Below are positions 48,873 to 60,070 of a stretch of 64,000 nucleotides of DNA, piece after piece. The stretch is taken from contig MU054323.1 in assembly GCA_013239625.1 (NCBI GenBank), forward strand, positions 682,001-746,000. Direction: 5' to 3'. The notes below the pieces were generated by a model. That model was not told the DNA's origin. It ran no database searches and worked only from the letters and a program-made list of their open reading frames with translations. Each line of letters begins with the position of its first letter. Positions within the stretch are counted from its first letter, which is position 1. Origin of the DNA: Lama guanicoe. Taxonomy: Eukaryota. A program made the position numbers and the translations under genes.

Positions 48873-50199
48873 GCATAGTTTAATTCGTAGGCTAATCGAA
48901 TATAGGAATATTATCTCTTTTGAAAGCAGATGCTTCCTCCTCTGTTCTCTTTACTGGGTAAACGTTTACTCACCACTTAAGATGCAGCGCACCTGCCCCC
49001 ACCTTCCTGGAGAAGTCTTCTGGATGCTGAGTACACCAACCACTGTTATCTGTCTGTGGCCACCTCTCACCGGGCTAAGCTCTGCCATAGCTCTCTCTCT
49101 CCTTTTTCTCATTGTTTATGTCCAGAACCTGACACACACCAGATGGAAGGGAAGGCTTGTCCCCTCCCTGGGCCATCAGAGCCCAGCATCCTTTACACGG
49201 CGGTGTGGTGCCTTCCCCAGGCACTTTCAAGGGAGCAAGGCCTGAAGGGATGTCGGGGAAGAGACAGAAGGAGCCTGGCTCGCTGAGAGGGGGGATGCGG
49301 GAGGACAGGGGCACTGCCTCGGGGCACACACTGCCAAGCCCTCAGGCTTTCTCTCAGCAGGGGCCACGGGGCACAGAGGACCTTTTGAGACACACCCCAC
49401 TCTGCCACAAGTAGATATGGGACATCTTGGGTACTCCATTCTTTGTTTTCCAAGGCTTCCGTGATTCATACATTATTTATAATGACTGTTTTAAAAGACA
49501 CTAGAAAAAATTAGGATACTCGGAGACGCATAGGCTGTTGCCCTTTGGTCTTGCAGGAAACCATTGTCCCTAGTATCAGAGTCTGTTTCTGAGAAGGCAA
49601 TAGAATAATCAATTCCCTACAAGGTGGCTGTGCACAGGAAAAAGAACTTGACTGAAAACCCAAGCTGACAATTCTGCCTCCCACCTGCTCTGAGCAGGCT
49701 ATTCTTCCCCATCTTCTGGAACCTTTGGCCACGATGGCTTCTCGGTAGCATGGGTCCATCTCTATGCTGGGAATGGTGAAAGGCAGGTCCTTAGGCAGAT
49801 GCCAGATCTTTTCCTCCTCCAAAGTGCTGTGGTGTTACATCTCAGAAAGCTGCCTCTCTGGTCCTGTCCAGATTTAGAGACTAGTTTTCGCTGCTGAGGT
49901 GATGTTTCCGCTCCCTGCACAGTCTGGGTCTTGAGTGTGGTCAAATCCGGCGCTGTTGGCGGGTCAAGTCTGTTCGGCCACAGAGAATGGGGCGACTGTA
50001 CCAGCCTGCCACTTTAGTGCCTTCCCCTGAGCGCGCGCTACACTCCGAGGCTTGTGCTGGGAGCCTGCGGGAAACAGAGAGGAGTGCGACTGAGTCCTCC
50101 ACGTGGAAGCTCGGGTGACAGAAATAATGCAAAGCAGGCTGAACATGTTCAGTAGCGAGATTCACTTGTTTTCCCACAAACTCACCCCTGCTTCACGAG

Positions 50200-50620
50200 T
50201 GATCCTGCCCCCTGACCCAGTCACTCATACCAGAGACCTGAGGTTCATCCACCCCTTCCAGATGACAGCTCAGGACGATCTCCTTTTAAAAACTTATCAA
50301 TGACTTTCCATCTCTTTCTAAGTCAAGCCTGCCCAGGCATCTGAAAACCAAGTGACCGCCAGGATGCAGCCTCATGAGACATTTCCCATCGCATTTCTCC
50401 TGCTTCTCCTTTGGGAGCCAAACAAAGTTTTTTTACTCCTTCCAAGATACAGTTCACATTTCCCGATGCCTCTCTGCTTCCTTCCTGACTTGCATTCTAT
50501 CTGGACCACATCTCCCCGTCTGCCCAAAGGCTACCTGTCCTCCACACCTAACTCAGATACCTCCTCCTACACAAAGCCTTCCCTGATTTTCCAATCTGAG
50601 GGCCTCTTTCTTTTCTCCAG
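50200..50620 (+). mobile_element. L2 fragment
   Basis: CTTTTAAAAACTTATCAATGACTTTCCAT...ACCTCCTCCTACACAAAGCCTTCCCTGAT. Confidence 0.6.
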
Positions 50621-50659
50621 ATCTCTTGAAGACTTCTGTTTGCAAAAGCATTGGGACCA

Positions 50660-50900
50660 GAGTAGAAGCTTGAGAGAAAACAAGCTTGGGCTGGAAATTT
50701 GATTAAGCCAATCAACAACCAGGTACTCTGAGGAAGTTAACCTCTTGAAGCCTCAGGTTTTTTTTTTTTAAATCCATGAAATGGGCAATAATCACACTTT
50801 CTACATTTGCGGTGGGGATGAGATGATATATACAAAGCACTTAACACAGTGCCCGTAGTAGGTGTTTGATAAAGGACAGATACTGTTATTGCTGTTAATG
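50660..50900 (+). mobile_element. MIR SINE
   Basis: AAGTTAACCTCTTGAAGCCTCAG...AAATGGGCAATAAT...TGAGATGATATATACAAAGCACTTAACACAGTGCC. Confidence 0.8.
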
Positions 50901-51899
50901 GCCCTTATTCTGCACTCATTACCTTTAAGTGATGTGGGTATTGGCCAAGGCTCCTGCCTGAGACCTGAGTCCCTCCAACAGGGTGCCTGTCCCGGTGGGT
51001 GATGGGTGGTGGCTGCATTTTCTGCAGGGGGCCTGGGGGGGTCTGCTCTGGGGCTGCTGAGGGCACAGAAAGGTCGCCGAGAGCAGCAGGCCCGGGACCC
51101 ACACTATCAAAGGCCTGAGGCCCCACAAGGACTGGCTTGTTTCATTCAAACAAAGGGAAGGGTTTCCTTGAAAATCCCCCTTTTTTCCCCAGATTTCCCT
51201 CTTGGCTGCTTCTGTGGTCACACATGTTTCCGATGAATCCACATTCAAATGAATTTCGGCCGACAAATAACTCGATACAGCTCTTTGGTGGGAGAGAATT
51301 CTTTCGGGATGAGGTCATGGTTTGGCTACAGTAAAATTAAAAATAACCCAGAACCCCCTGCCGGCCAGCCTGGCATCCACCCAGGACAGTGCATTTGGGA
51401 CCCATTATCGGGTTTATCAGGGTAACGTATCGCAGAAAACCTGCTTCTGTTTATAGACCATTTTATTATTCCGTTTTGACATTTCCCTTTTTTCTTCCAC
51501 CCCTTTTCCCCCTTAAGCAAATATCTATTAGACTGAGTTGAAATGTGATCCAACCAAATATACCCTTTTTCAGCTTCAGGCTAAAGTAGGTCTGACTAGA
51601 AGCAGAAATGCTTAAGTGAAAAGTTATGATTTACTTTCTTTCTAAAGGGAAACAGTGTCAGAAGGAGAATTTTATGTGACAAGGGAACATTCGGCGCACA
51701 GAGCAGGGGCTGGCAGCCAGCACAGACCTGGCCTGGGAAAGCGGTGGGACTTGGAAGGCTGGGCGTGATCCCACCCAGCGCCCCCCACCCCCAGGCAAAC
51801 TGAGAGCAGCGCACAGGCGGGACCTGAGTCACTTCCCAAACTGCAAAGCCCCCAGATTGTTTGTGGGTGTCACAGTGGTCAGATCAGGAAGAGAGATCA

Positions 51900-52415
51900 G
51901 AGATAACACGTTTCTCCTTATCCTCATTATCTTACTACTGGGCAAACTGGGGCCCACAGGCTGCAGGGACTTGTTCAGGATAACTCTGCCGACATGTGGT
52001 GTTAGCCTAGCTGGGTCTTAGACTGGTAAGATTTTGAGGATCAGCTCTGCCTGGTGATCTTAAGAGAGAGACGTGACTTTATTGTGCCTCTAGTCCATCG
52101 TCTGTAAAATGGGATAATAGCTTCTGCCTTGTCTGTATCATACAGCTATGGAAGGACCCAGTGAAGACACAGCAAATACACACTGCGTGCTTCCTACGTG
52201 CTCTGCACCGTTGGAAGCCCTCACACAACCCACTTGCCAATCATGCAATCTCATCAGTTAGATTCCAGCACGATGCCCAGCCTGAGGATGAGGGAGCTCA
52301 GTGAGGCTCAAAGAAGCTCAGTTACATGACCAAGGTTATGTCGATGGAGCATGAGAGAGGCTTGATTCGAACCTAGAGTTCCAGATGACAAAACCCATGC
52401 TCTTAACTATGACAG
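51900..52415. mobile_element. Cluster of MIR fragments in both orientations
   Basis: AAACTGGGGCCCACAG (-), CGTCTGTAAAATGGGATAATAG (+), GAGGCTCAAAGAAGCTCAGTTACATGACCAAGGT...GATTCGAACCTAG (-). Confidence 0.7.
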
Positions 52416-53002
52416 GACCGGGTCTCTGTGACCAATTAAATCAGAACCCAGATGTAAAGGTAAAAGGTGAGATCCGGGCTGATTAGACAGAGCCCAGGTC
52501 TCCTGACTCCTGCTCCCGTGTCTTTTTCCAGGACCCCGAATGGCCCCAGCTTCTGGAGGGGGAGATGGTCAGGCTGCTTTCCTGCCCTTTCGATCAGGCC
52601 TGGAGCAACAGATTCAATTATGAAGTGGAAAGATGGTTTGAATTCTCTTTGAATGCATCAAAGTACAGACCTGAAAGGAATGTGTGCCGGTGAGGGTTGG
52701 GGGTTCGAGAGGCGGGCTTTTCCTGAAGGCTGACACGCATAACGGCATTTCACGGCCACTGGGGGTCTGAGAGGAGGGGCCCCGTGGTTGCTGAATCCTG
52801 AATCGGGCTCTGCCCTTGCGTTTGCTCCCCTCCCCTCTTCCTCCCGCTCTTCCACTTCTGATTGCTCCCAGGCCTGACTCCCTCCTGGCTTGCCTCTTCA
52901 CAAGCGCCTGGATGGTCAGATGACCTGATCACCTGGCCCCCAGCTTCCTCGTCAATCTCCATGTTCCTTTCCCTTTTGCCCTCTGGGCTCCAGCTCCACT
53001 CC

Positions 53003-53059
53003 TGTGTGTGTGCGTGCGCGTGCGTGTGCGTGTGTGTGCATGTGTGCGTGCGTGTGTAT
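53003..53059. repeat. Alternating purine-pyrimidine (TG/CG) tract
   Basis: 57 bp of uninterrupted YR alternation with 7 CpGs. Confidence 0.9.
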
Positions 53060-53109
53060 TTGACCGCTTCTTGAATGCATCAAGTTCTTGCCCTTCTGTG
53101 GGTTGTTGC

Positions 53110-53650
53110 CTCTGCGCAGAATGTTCCACACTCCACTCTTTGCTCAGCTAACAACTCACCCTTCCCATCCTGGTCCAAATAACCCTTCCTCAGACACGAC
53201 TTCCTTGACCCTCAGTCTTCATTAACCTCCCTCGACCTCTCCTTACTTCTCTCATAGAACCATTTCTTTTCCTTTGTGCCCTTTTTACACTTTGCATTTG
53301 TACATACATTAAAAAAATGTATCTCTTTATCTAGACCAGGGATCTACAAATTATCTATTACTATAATAAACTTTCTATTGCAACCCACCTGGCCAATGGG
53401 TTAAAAATTATTTTTATACTGTGAATGACCATGTAAGCACCTACATAGTATCTTTGATTTTGCTTCTTCACCCTGCAAAACCTGAAATATTATTATTTAT
53501 ATTTGTCTTTTAAGATGAAGTTTGCCATCCTTGTTCTAGACTATGAGTTCCATTAGAGCAGAGACCATGTCTGTTTTATCTCCTCTGCATATCCAGTACC
53601 TGACTCAGTGCCTGGCAGGTAGTGGGTGTTGGATAAATACGAATCTACTG
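53110..53650 (+). mobile_element. L2 3' end, interrupted by MER58C
   Basis: CTAGACTATGAGTTCCATTAGAGCAGAGACCATGTCTG...CAGTGCCTGGCAGGTAGTGGGTGTTGGATAAATA. Confidence 0.8.
53337..53533 (-). mobile_element. MER58C-like hAT-Charlie MITE
   Basis: Termini CAGGGATCTACAAA / TTTGCCATCCTTG. 8-bp TSD ATCTAGAC / TTCTAGAC. Internal AAGCACCTACATAGTATCTTTGATTTTGC. Confidence 0.82.
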
Positions 53651-53739
53651 AAATTACCGATGGATTCTTCCTTCCAGCTCCCCCTGCCCTCCGCACCCCC
53701 AGGAAGGCAGTAAGTTCTGTACGAAGAATTCACGCTGCA

Positions 53740-53925
53740 TCCAAATCTCATTTGAAATCCAACTCTGGTGTTTACCAGCTGTGGGATTCTGGATAAGATG
53801 TCTCTGAGCCTCAAATTCCTTATCCTTTAGGTGAATTTAATAATTGGAAAGATGCAATAAGGTAATAAATATAAAGGTGATTTAACAAAATGTGAAGACT
53901 ATAAAATGTTAATTATTATCATAAT
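53740..53925 (+). mobile_element. MIR fragment
   Basis: TTTGAAATCCAACTCTGGTGTTTACCAGCTGTGGGATTCTGGATAAG...CTCTGAGCCTCAAATTCCT. Confidence 0.7.
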
Positions 53926-53926
53926 A

Positions 53927-54723
53927 GTTGATGCAATTGGACCAAATGTCAATTTATTGCCCCTTAGCTCTCAGCCACCTTTCATTGTTTCCTCTGCAGC
54001 AATGGAGGACCCTGGAAGTATTTCCTCTTTGCCAGTTCATACAATGCTTAGTTCTCTCAGTAGAGGGCGCTGAAGAGACACATCAAGAGGAAGGGACTAC
54101 TGATTCTGGGGTGCTGCTTCTTCCTCTTCGCATTCTGCTGCCAGCGTCACATTTCAGACATTCACTGGTGCTTACCCTAAACACCTTTTGGTGGCATCTC
54201 TGTGAACAACTTCCCTTTAATTTTCACGAGCACCTTTGTGGGCAGATTCCCAGTGAGCCCCAAAGCATTCTGGTGGTCAGTCTTCCAGCCTTGCTGGCAC
54301 CATGGTAGGTTTCCAGCTTGTCAGTCTTAACCGTAGGTCCCTGCCCATCTGTCTTGACCTACCTGTACCTAGACAGGGTATTTCCTGCTGGCCGCCTCCA
54401 ACTGCAGTTTCCTGCCCACCAGCCACAGCCTCGTGTCTGTGCACCAGCTCTGACTTGGGGCAACCCAATGAACTTCCTTGCCACCCAGCAGAGTACAAAG
54501 GGGACCTTCTCCAATGAGGTGAATCCCATCCTTGGAGAGGGCCCCCTGCCTTCCAAGTTTATTTCTTCCTTAGATGCTCTCCATCAACCCTAGGGAATGA
54601 CTTTACTCTTTACTGCTTTATAGATTAACTGTAACTGTTATAGTTCATAATTCCATCCATTAGATTTTCTCTGTCTAAATAACTACATGCTTTCTGTCTC
54701 CTGATTCGACCCTGACTGAGACC
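53927..54723 (+). mobile_element. LTR41-like ERVL 5' LTR
   Basis: GACCAAATGTCAATTTATTGCCCC...TTTCCTCTTTGCCAG...TCAGTAGAGGGCGCTG...terminal CTCCTGATTCGACCCTGACTGAGACC. Homologous to 21178-21956. Confidence 0.82.
54054..54072 (+). promoter_or_regulatory. CTCF-binding motif carried by LTR41
   Basis: CTCTCAGTAGAGGGCGCTG matches the CTCF core. LTR41 is an established source of CTCF sites. Confidence 0.6.
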
Positions 54724-55745
54724 GCATTGTTGCTGGGAAGGGTCTCAGGAGATAGACACACCAGGTTGGGGTTTCGGGGTTGGTTTGGTTGTGCCTCTGA
54801 ATTTCTGTGTAGCGCTGTTTTCTGCCAATAGGAAGTGAGAAGCCAGCAATCCATGGCACGCACTGGCATCACCATTAGTCAGGCTGCCCTCTGAACGTGA
54901 TAAAGTGCCAACTGAGGACATGCCTTGGGAGCCCATGGGTTGTGGCAGCGATGATGACAAGAGGGACCGTGGTGTGGGAGGATTCTTCTGCATGCACTTG
55001 AGCAACCACAGAAAGGAAACGACAAACTCTAGCCCTTTAACTATCAGCTCAAGTCACAGATTGAGGAGCAGAGAGCTTCCAAGACGGGCTTAAAATATAT
55101 TCCTATTTCTTATAGCTGCAGGGCTGATATTGTGAAAAATTAAAAAAAAAATGTATTGTGTGAGTTGCTGAATTACAATAAGAGATGAATTCAGTCTTGC
55201 CAAGTTTCCCACGGAAAGGTTAGGACATTTATTGGGAAAGATTGGGATACTAAAACCAGGAATGAGAACATAGGGTTGGCCCCAGACAAAACTGACAATC
55301 TTGAGCCTTCAAGTCACTCTGCATTTCCCTTGTCACTGAGATTATCTTGTTCTCCCTGCACCCTGAAGTAAGACTCACCTTCCTGTACCTGAAAACCTTA
55401 TTACCACTTTACCTGGGGTAGATGCCTTAATAGTGGAAGATCAGTCTCTTTAAATACTTTCCCTCTTGCCATGGTTAGAGTCACATCCATTCCTGCTCCA
55501 GAAATGAGCACATATTAAGGCTCAAGTGGAAATAGCTAACACCAAGGAGAATGGGAGTTGTGGTCATTAATACATTGGAGGAAACCTGGGGAATGTGAGT
55601 GGGAATGGATCTTACTGGTGTTCATCCAAGGAGGGTAGGCGATAACCATGTGTGGACCGAATCCACTGGTGTGACTAGACATGCCAGAGAGCGTGTTAGC
55701 TCAAGCATCCCGAGGTGGCTCTAATAGCTTATGTGGGAACTGTGA
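54724..55745 (+). mobile_element. ERVL internal region with disabled gag
   Basis: Frameshifted and stop-interrupted translation NPWHALA...DRGVG...KGNDKL*PFNYQLK...QRAS...ISYSCRADIVKN...VAELQ...QVSHGKVRTFIGKDWD...KPGECEWEWIL matches ERVL (MuERV-L/HERV-L type) Gag motifs. Confidence 0.85.
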
Positions 55746-58499
55746 GTGGGCAGGAGAGGTGGGGTTTGTACGGTGAAGAGAAGCAGAAAACTTCTGGTCT
55801 CATCTCTACCCTCCAAAAGACCACAACTCTGCTGGGGAGAAAATCACCTAGATCTATGTGAAAGCGAATCAAAACCAATTTATCAGGATGGCAGCCACCT
55901 TGGAAGAGAAGGAAAACAAGCAGCAGAAACAGTCAGAGCTGCGGTGCTCAGGGGAAAGAAACCCTCACGGGCTGTAGGAGAGAGAAGCAGTTTCTTGGAA
56001 GGAAGGAAAGGGCTTTTGTTAGAACTGGAGGGATACCAAAGTTTGAAGAGGGCAAGACAGGCGTGGTAAGTGAGAGGGAGAGGCAGGCTTTCAGATCAAG
56101 AAGGAAAGCATGGCCACAGATCAGGGATCATGAGATCTGTGGAGCCTGACAAATGTCCCACGGATACTTAGGGCCCCTCTAAAACCCAACAGGGCATTGA
56201 TTCCCAAAGTGTAAATTACACCCTATGACCTCAGCATCCTCAGCCTGTGCCCAGGGCTGCTGTACCTCCTGTCCAGATGCCAACATGTGGCAGGCATGAA
56301 TTTTGCCCTTTACTCTCAGGAGCCCACACACCTGGACATTGACCATCATCAATGTCTGGTCCAAGAGCATGCAGGCTCCAAAGAGTAGGAATCACCCCGG
56401 CTGCAAGTTAACCTCCTCGTTGATCCTAAATTCTTGTCTGAGGCATAGACCTCTTTCTTGGGGTGGCTGGATGAGAACAGTCTGCACTTTTCGGGAGAGA
56501 TTCTGTTCCTACCCCCAGAAGTTTGGTCAGCACTCATCCCGGTGGCGGACAATCACAGTAATATGTTTTGACAAGGCACATTAGTCCTCTCAGAAGAGGC
56601 CACCCACGTACGGTCAGCATGGAGGGAAAAACCAGTGGGCTTTCTTCGTTCTGCCTTTTGGGCACTGACGTTCATAGCATTACCTCACCTTAGCCTTCTG
56701 AGCATTTATAGTGGTAGGTTGGTCAAAAATGTCACTAAAGGAGCTAGATGCCTGTAACCCAAAGAGGTGGATCTGTGTTGTATCTGTCTCCAGATAGGGG
56801 TGTGTTCAGATCTGTTGCCGTCTGATGCCAGAGCCTCCCTCTGGAAGCTAAGCTGCTCTCCAGTCCCAGATGGTTGAAGAAGCTTCATGGGAGAGTGACT
56901 CAGCAGGAAGTTGGGGCCGAAAAGTCTAGCTGACCTTCCTTCCGTTCTTGCCTTGGATGATCTGATTTACATCTTTAGTTGTATAGGAAGTTTCTGATGG
57001 AAGCAAGTGGTGATGGAGACTGCAGAAAACAGGCAGAGATTCAGCCTTCTCTGGTAGGTGGGCCACCATCATAAACTGAAGGGAAAAGACCAAGGAGGTT
57101 ATGGAGCTGGGCAACAGGCCACGCATGAAGGAGAGCTGAGAAACGGGGGAAAGAAGAGGAACGCAGGAAGGGCGTAGTCAGTGTCCTCGGACCTCTGACA
57201 GGGGGAAAACTCGCTTTGTTTGGCTACAGTTTATATCCGTTCCATTCCTTCCAAAGGAATGTAAAGGACAGTAAATACACGTTTGAATACATGAATGAAG
57301 ATCCAAAAAGCAGATCCAGAGTCAAATGAATATAAGGTAAAAACAAGATGTTTTAGTTGAGTATAAAGAATGGATTAAAAATCAACGTCAAGTAGTTAAT
57401 TGGCCAGTGTTCCTTTGGGGATATAAGCCCCTCTCCCCTGCGGTGTGCAGACGTCAGCAGAATAGCCCTAGGGAGGCCATGAAGCAGCATTTCGGAATGG
57501 TGTAGAACCCAGGGACACATGCCAAGCTGTCGCTCTCTGGATTTATGCTGATTAACTTGTGAGATACAGATGTGTGGCGGTCACTTGGGGTTGCCTTACT
57601 ACACAAACCACAACGGGGAAAGGAGGGCTTTCTTTGTTCATGGATCCATCGCTAAATTTTATGGATATTACAACCCTGATCTATCAGTACCTCCAGCTTT
57701 TTTCTTAAGTAAAGCACAGACTTGTAAAAAGAAATAAGAGAAGACATGGAAAGCTGGGTGACTGCTACAGAGCTAAATTGGATATGCCATGAATAATAAG
57801 ATAAAGGTGAAATATGCCTGATTATTTGCAAATTTTAACTAAATCTATTAGAAATATTTAATTACAGCTATAAAAGTTGTCATCAAAATGGCCTGCCCTA
57901 ACACGAACATAAAAAGAGTAGACGATGAAATCTTCATTAGTTAATTAGAATTTCTTAATGTAATGAAGTGTCATCCTGATAGATTAAGTTAAATAAATAT
58001 GGTATGCTCCGTAGTTTACAAATGAAACCCTGAAAATAAAAATGGTTCAAAAGGATAACATTCTGTCTTTGTTCTGTTCATTCATTCATTTGATGCCCTC
58101 ACTGTAGTTACTGTAACACACACACTATCAAGTGTCAGAGCTGGAAGAACCCAGGACAATGGAGGGAACTCAGTAAACATTTCTGCATGCACAGATGATC
58201 ACCAGTGCCAGCGCTCAACCGTGGCACATTCAGAGGAAGAAACACTTGGGGCCGAAAGCACTTGGCATTTGATTAAGGATAAAAAAGTCATCTACAAGGA
58301 TATTGCTTTAATGGCAGCATTATAGGTATTACCTGACATCTTTGGATGAATTGCTTCAGTGTAGATGCCAATGACTGTGTTAGGTTGAACATGGGGTGAA
58401 AGAATGAGGAGGACTGGGTGTCTGTCTCCCACACAGCAGTCAGAGTGATCTCAGTTTGAAGTATTTCCATATCTTTCCATCACCCTCATAGCCTCTCAA

Positions 58500-58930
58500 T
58501 TTCCTGTCTGGCCTCACCTCTCATTGCATTCCCATCTTTTATCTCTCACTTCCAGGGAAAAAAAAAAAACAAAACTCATGTGCTCCATTCATATAAAGCC
58601 CCTGATGGTGTTATGGCCCCTTGCCTTCGCAAATGATGCTACTTCTGTCTCAAACAGTTACCCTCTCCTTCTTGCCCCTCTGGATGTCTTCCTCTGGTCT
58701 TCAAAGCTCAGCTGTCTTCGCCGGGATGACCTCCTTGACTCCTCTGCTTCCCCAACCCAACCAGGCTAGGCTAGGTTTCCCACATTCTTTCTATTATGTG
58801 ACTTTGTGTTTATCTCTATTATCATAATTATCAGGTTGAATCATATTTATGTCCCCCCGCTAGAATGTGAACCTTCCAACTCTCATAACCATGTCCTTGG
58901 CAATTAGCACATGGTCTTATACTCTTTAAT
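58500..58930 (+). mobile_element. L2 fragment
   Basis: TGTCCCCCGCTAGAATGTGAACCTTCC...TTAGCACATGGTC. Confidence 0.55.
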
Positions 58931-59199
58931 TCCATAAGTGAGAAATTAAAAAAAAAACAGTAACTGAGTTGTGGGCAAGAAATGAAGGATGTTTTCACTG
59001 AGAACTTCCTCCCCTTTATCCCTGGGTCAATGGGCTTCACTTATCACCAGAAAAATTCAGAGATGCTAATTTGACAACAGTTTGAAAAAATCATACATGG
59101 GAAACTATAATTGCACAGGTCCAGTCTCTCTATCTTGAGGTTACAAAATGAGTTAACAACAGGTAATTTAAGTCAACATGCCATGCATGGTTGCTTCTC

Positions 59200-59520
59200 A
59201 AACAACCCAACTCTGTCTAAGGCTAGAATGGGACTTTTATTAAAAACACTGGCAAAGTCTGTCAAAGTGAGATCTTTCATATCTATAATTTCTACCATCT
59301 GTAACATCTTACGTTACATAAGATCCCCAATTACCAGTAGCAGTGTTAATCCATCATCTGTCCTAAATATTTTTAGATGTTCTTTATGTACTCAACTTAG
59401 CCCCCCCTTTCTGTTTTTATAAATGTATGTTCTTTGCTTGCCACAGTTAATTTTATGCTGACTTTATCATGGGACAATCCAAAATCCTTTGGGGATGAGT
59501 TTTCCAAATCGTATAGAGTA
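59200..59520 (-). mobile_element. Possible ancient CR1-clade LINE ORF2 fossil
   Basis: Minus-strand broken translation LYTIWK...LWQAK...LTLTDFASVFNK resembles the CR1 ORF2 segment before RT (YKKWK...IRQAK...LNxFFASVFT). Confidence 0.45.
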
Positions 59521-60070
59521 TATAATAACAAGCTATATTGAAACCAAAGGAAAAAAATTACAAGTCTCTTAATTAAGGAGAGGCACTCAAGTTTTCTCCT
59601 TACCTCATATAATATTACAAATATAAATTCTTACCGGGTTATTATTTCTATCTAGATAAGAAGTTACTCTATAAAATCTGTGTTACTATTTGTAATAATA
59701 GGAAAAACATATTTCCAGTAAATTATTAATGCTAATATTTCAGATTGCATCTTTTCTATCTCTTCTTAATTGGTATGAGAGAATTATTTACTCTTCAAAT
59801 TCCAGTTTGACGTGAAGAAACTGTTGGTCAAGTAAATATGAGCAATTACTTACCGTTTGATAAATGAGAAGGCTCAATACCTCTGCACCTCCGTTTCTTT
59901 TGAAATGGCAATCGCTCTCAAATATCCCTGAATAGAGTTGTCTGCCTTATGAAGAACTGAGCTACTCCTTGGTATAAATTTAAAAGCAAAGACTGGAAAT
60001 TATACCCCAAAGAGCCTTTAAAAATAAATCCTTCTCATTGGCACATTTTACAAGTGGAGATGGTTTTATG

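Noticed and set aside
54845..55745. Domesticated, intact Fv1-like gag gene
   Set aside because: Multiple in-frame stops and frameshifts leave no long ORF.
56200..57100. Possible degenerate LTR fragments downstream of the ERVL
   Set aside because: I could not find termini or diagnostic motifs, so the region is left unannotated.
59111..59422. 103-aa plus-strand ORF
   Set aside because: No homology. It is better explained as the antisense of a degenerate LINE reading frame.
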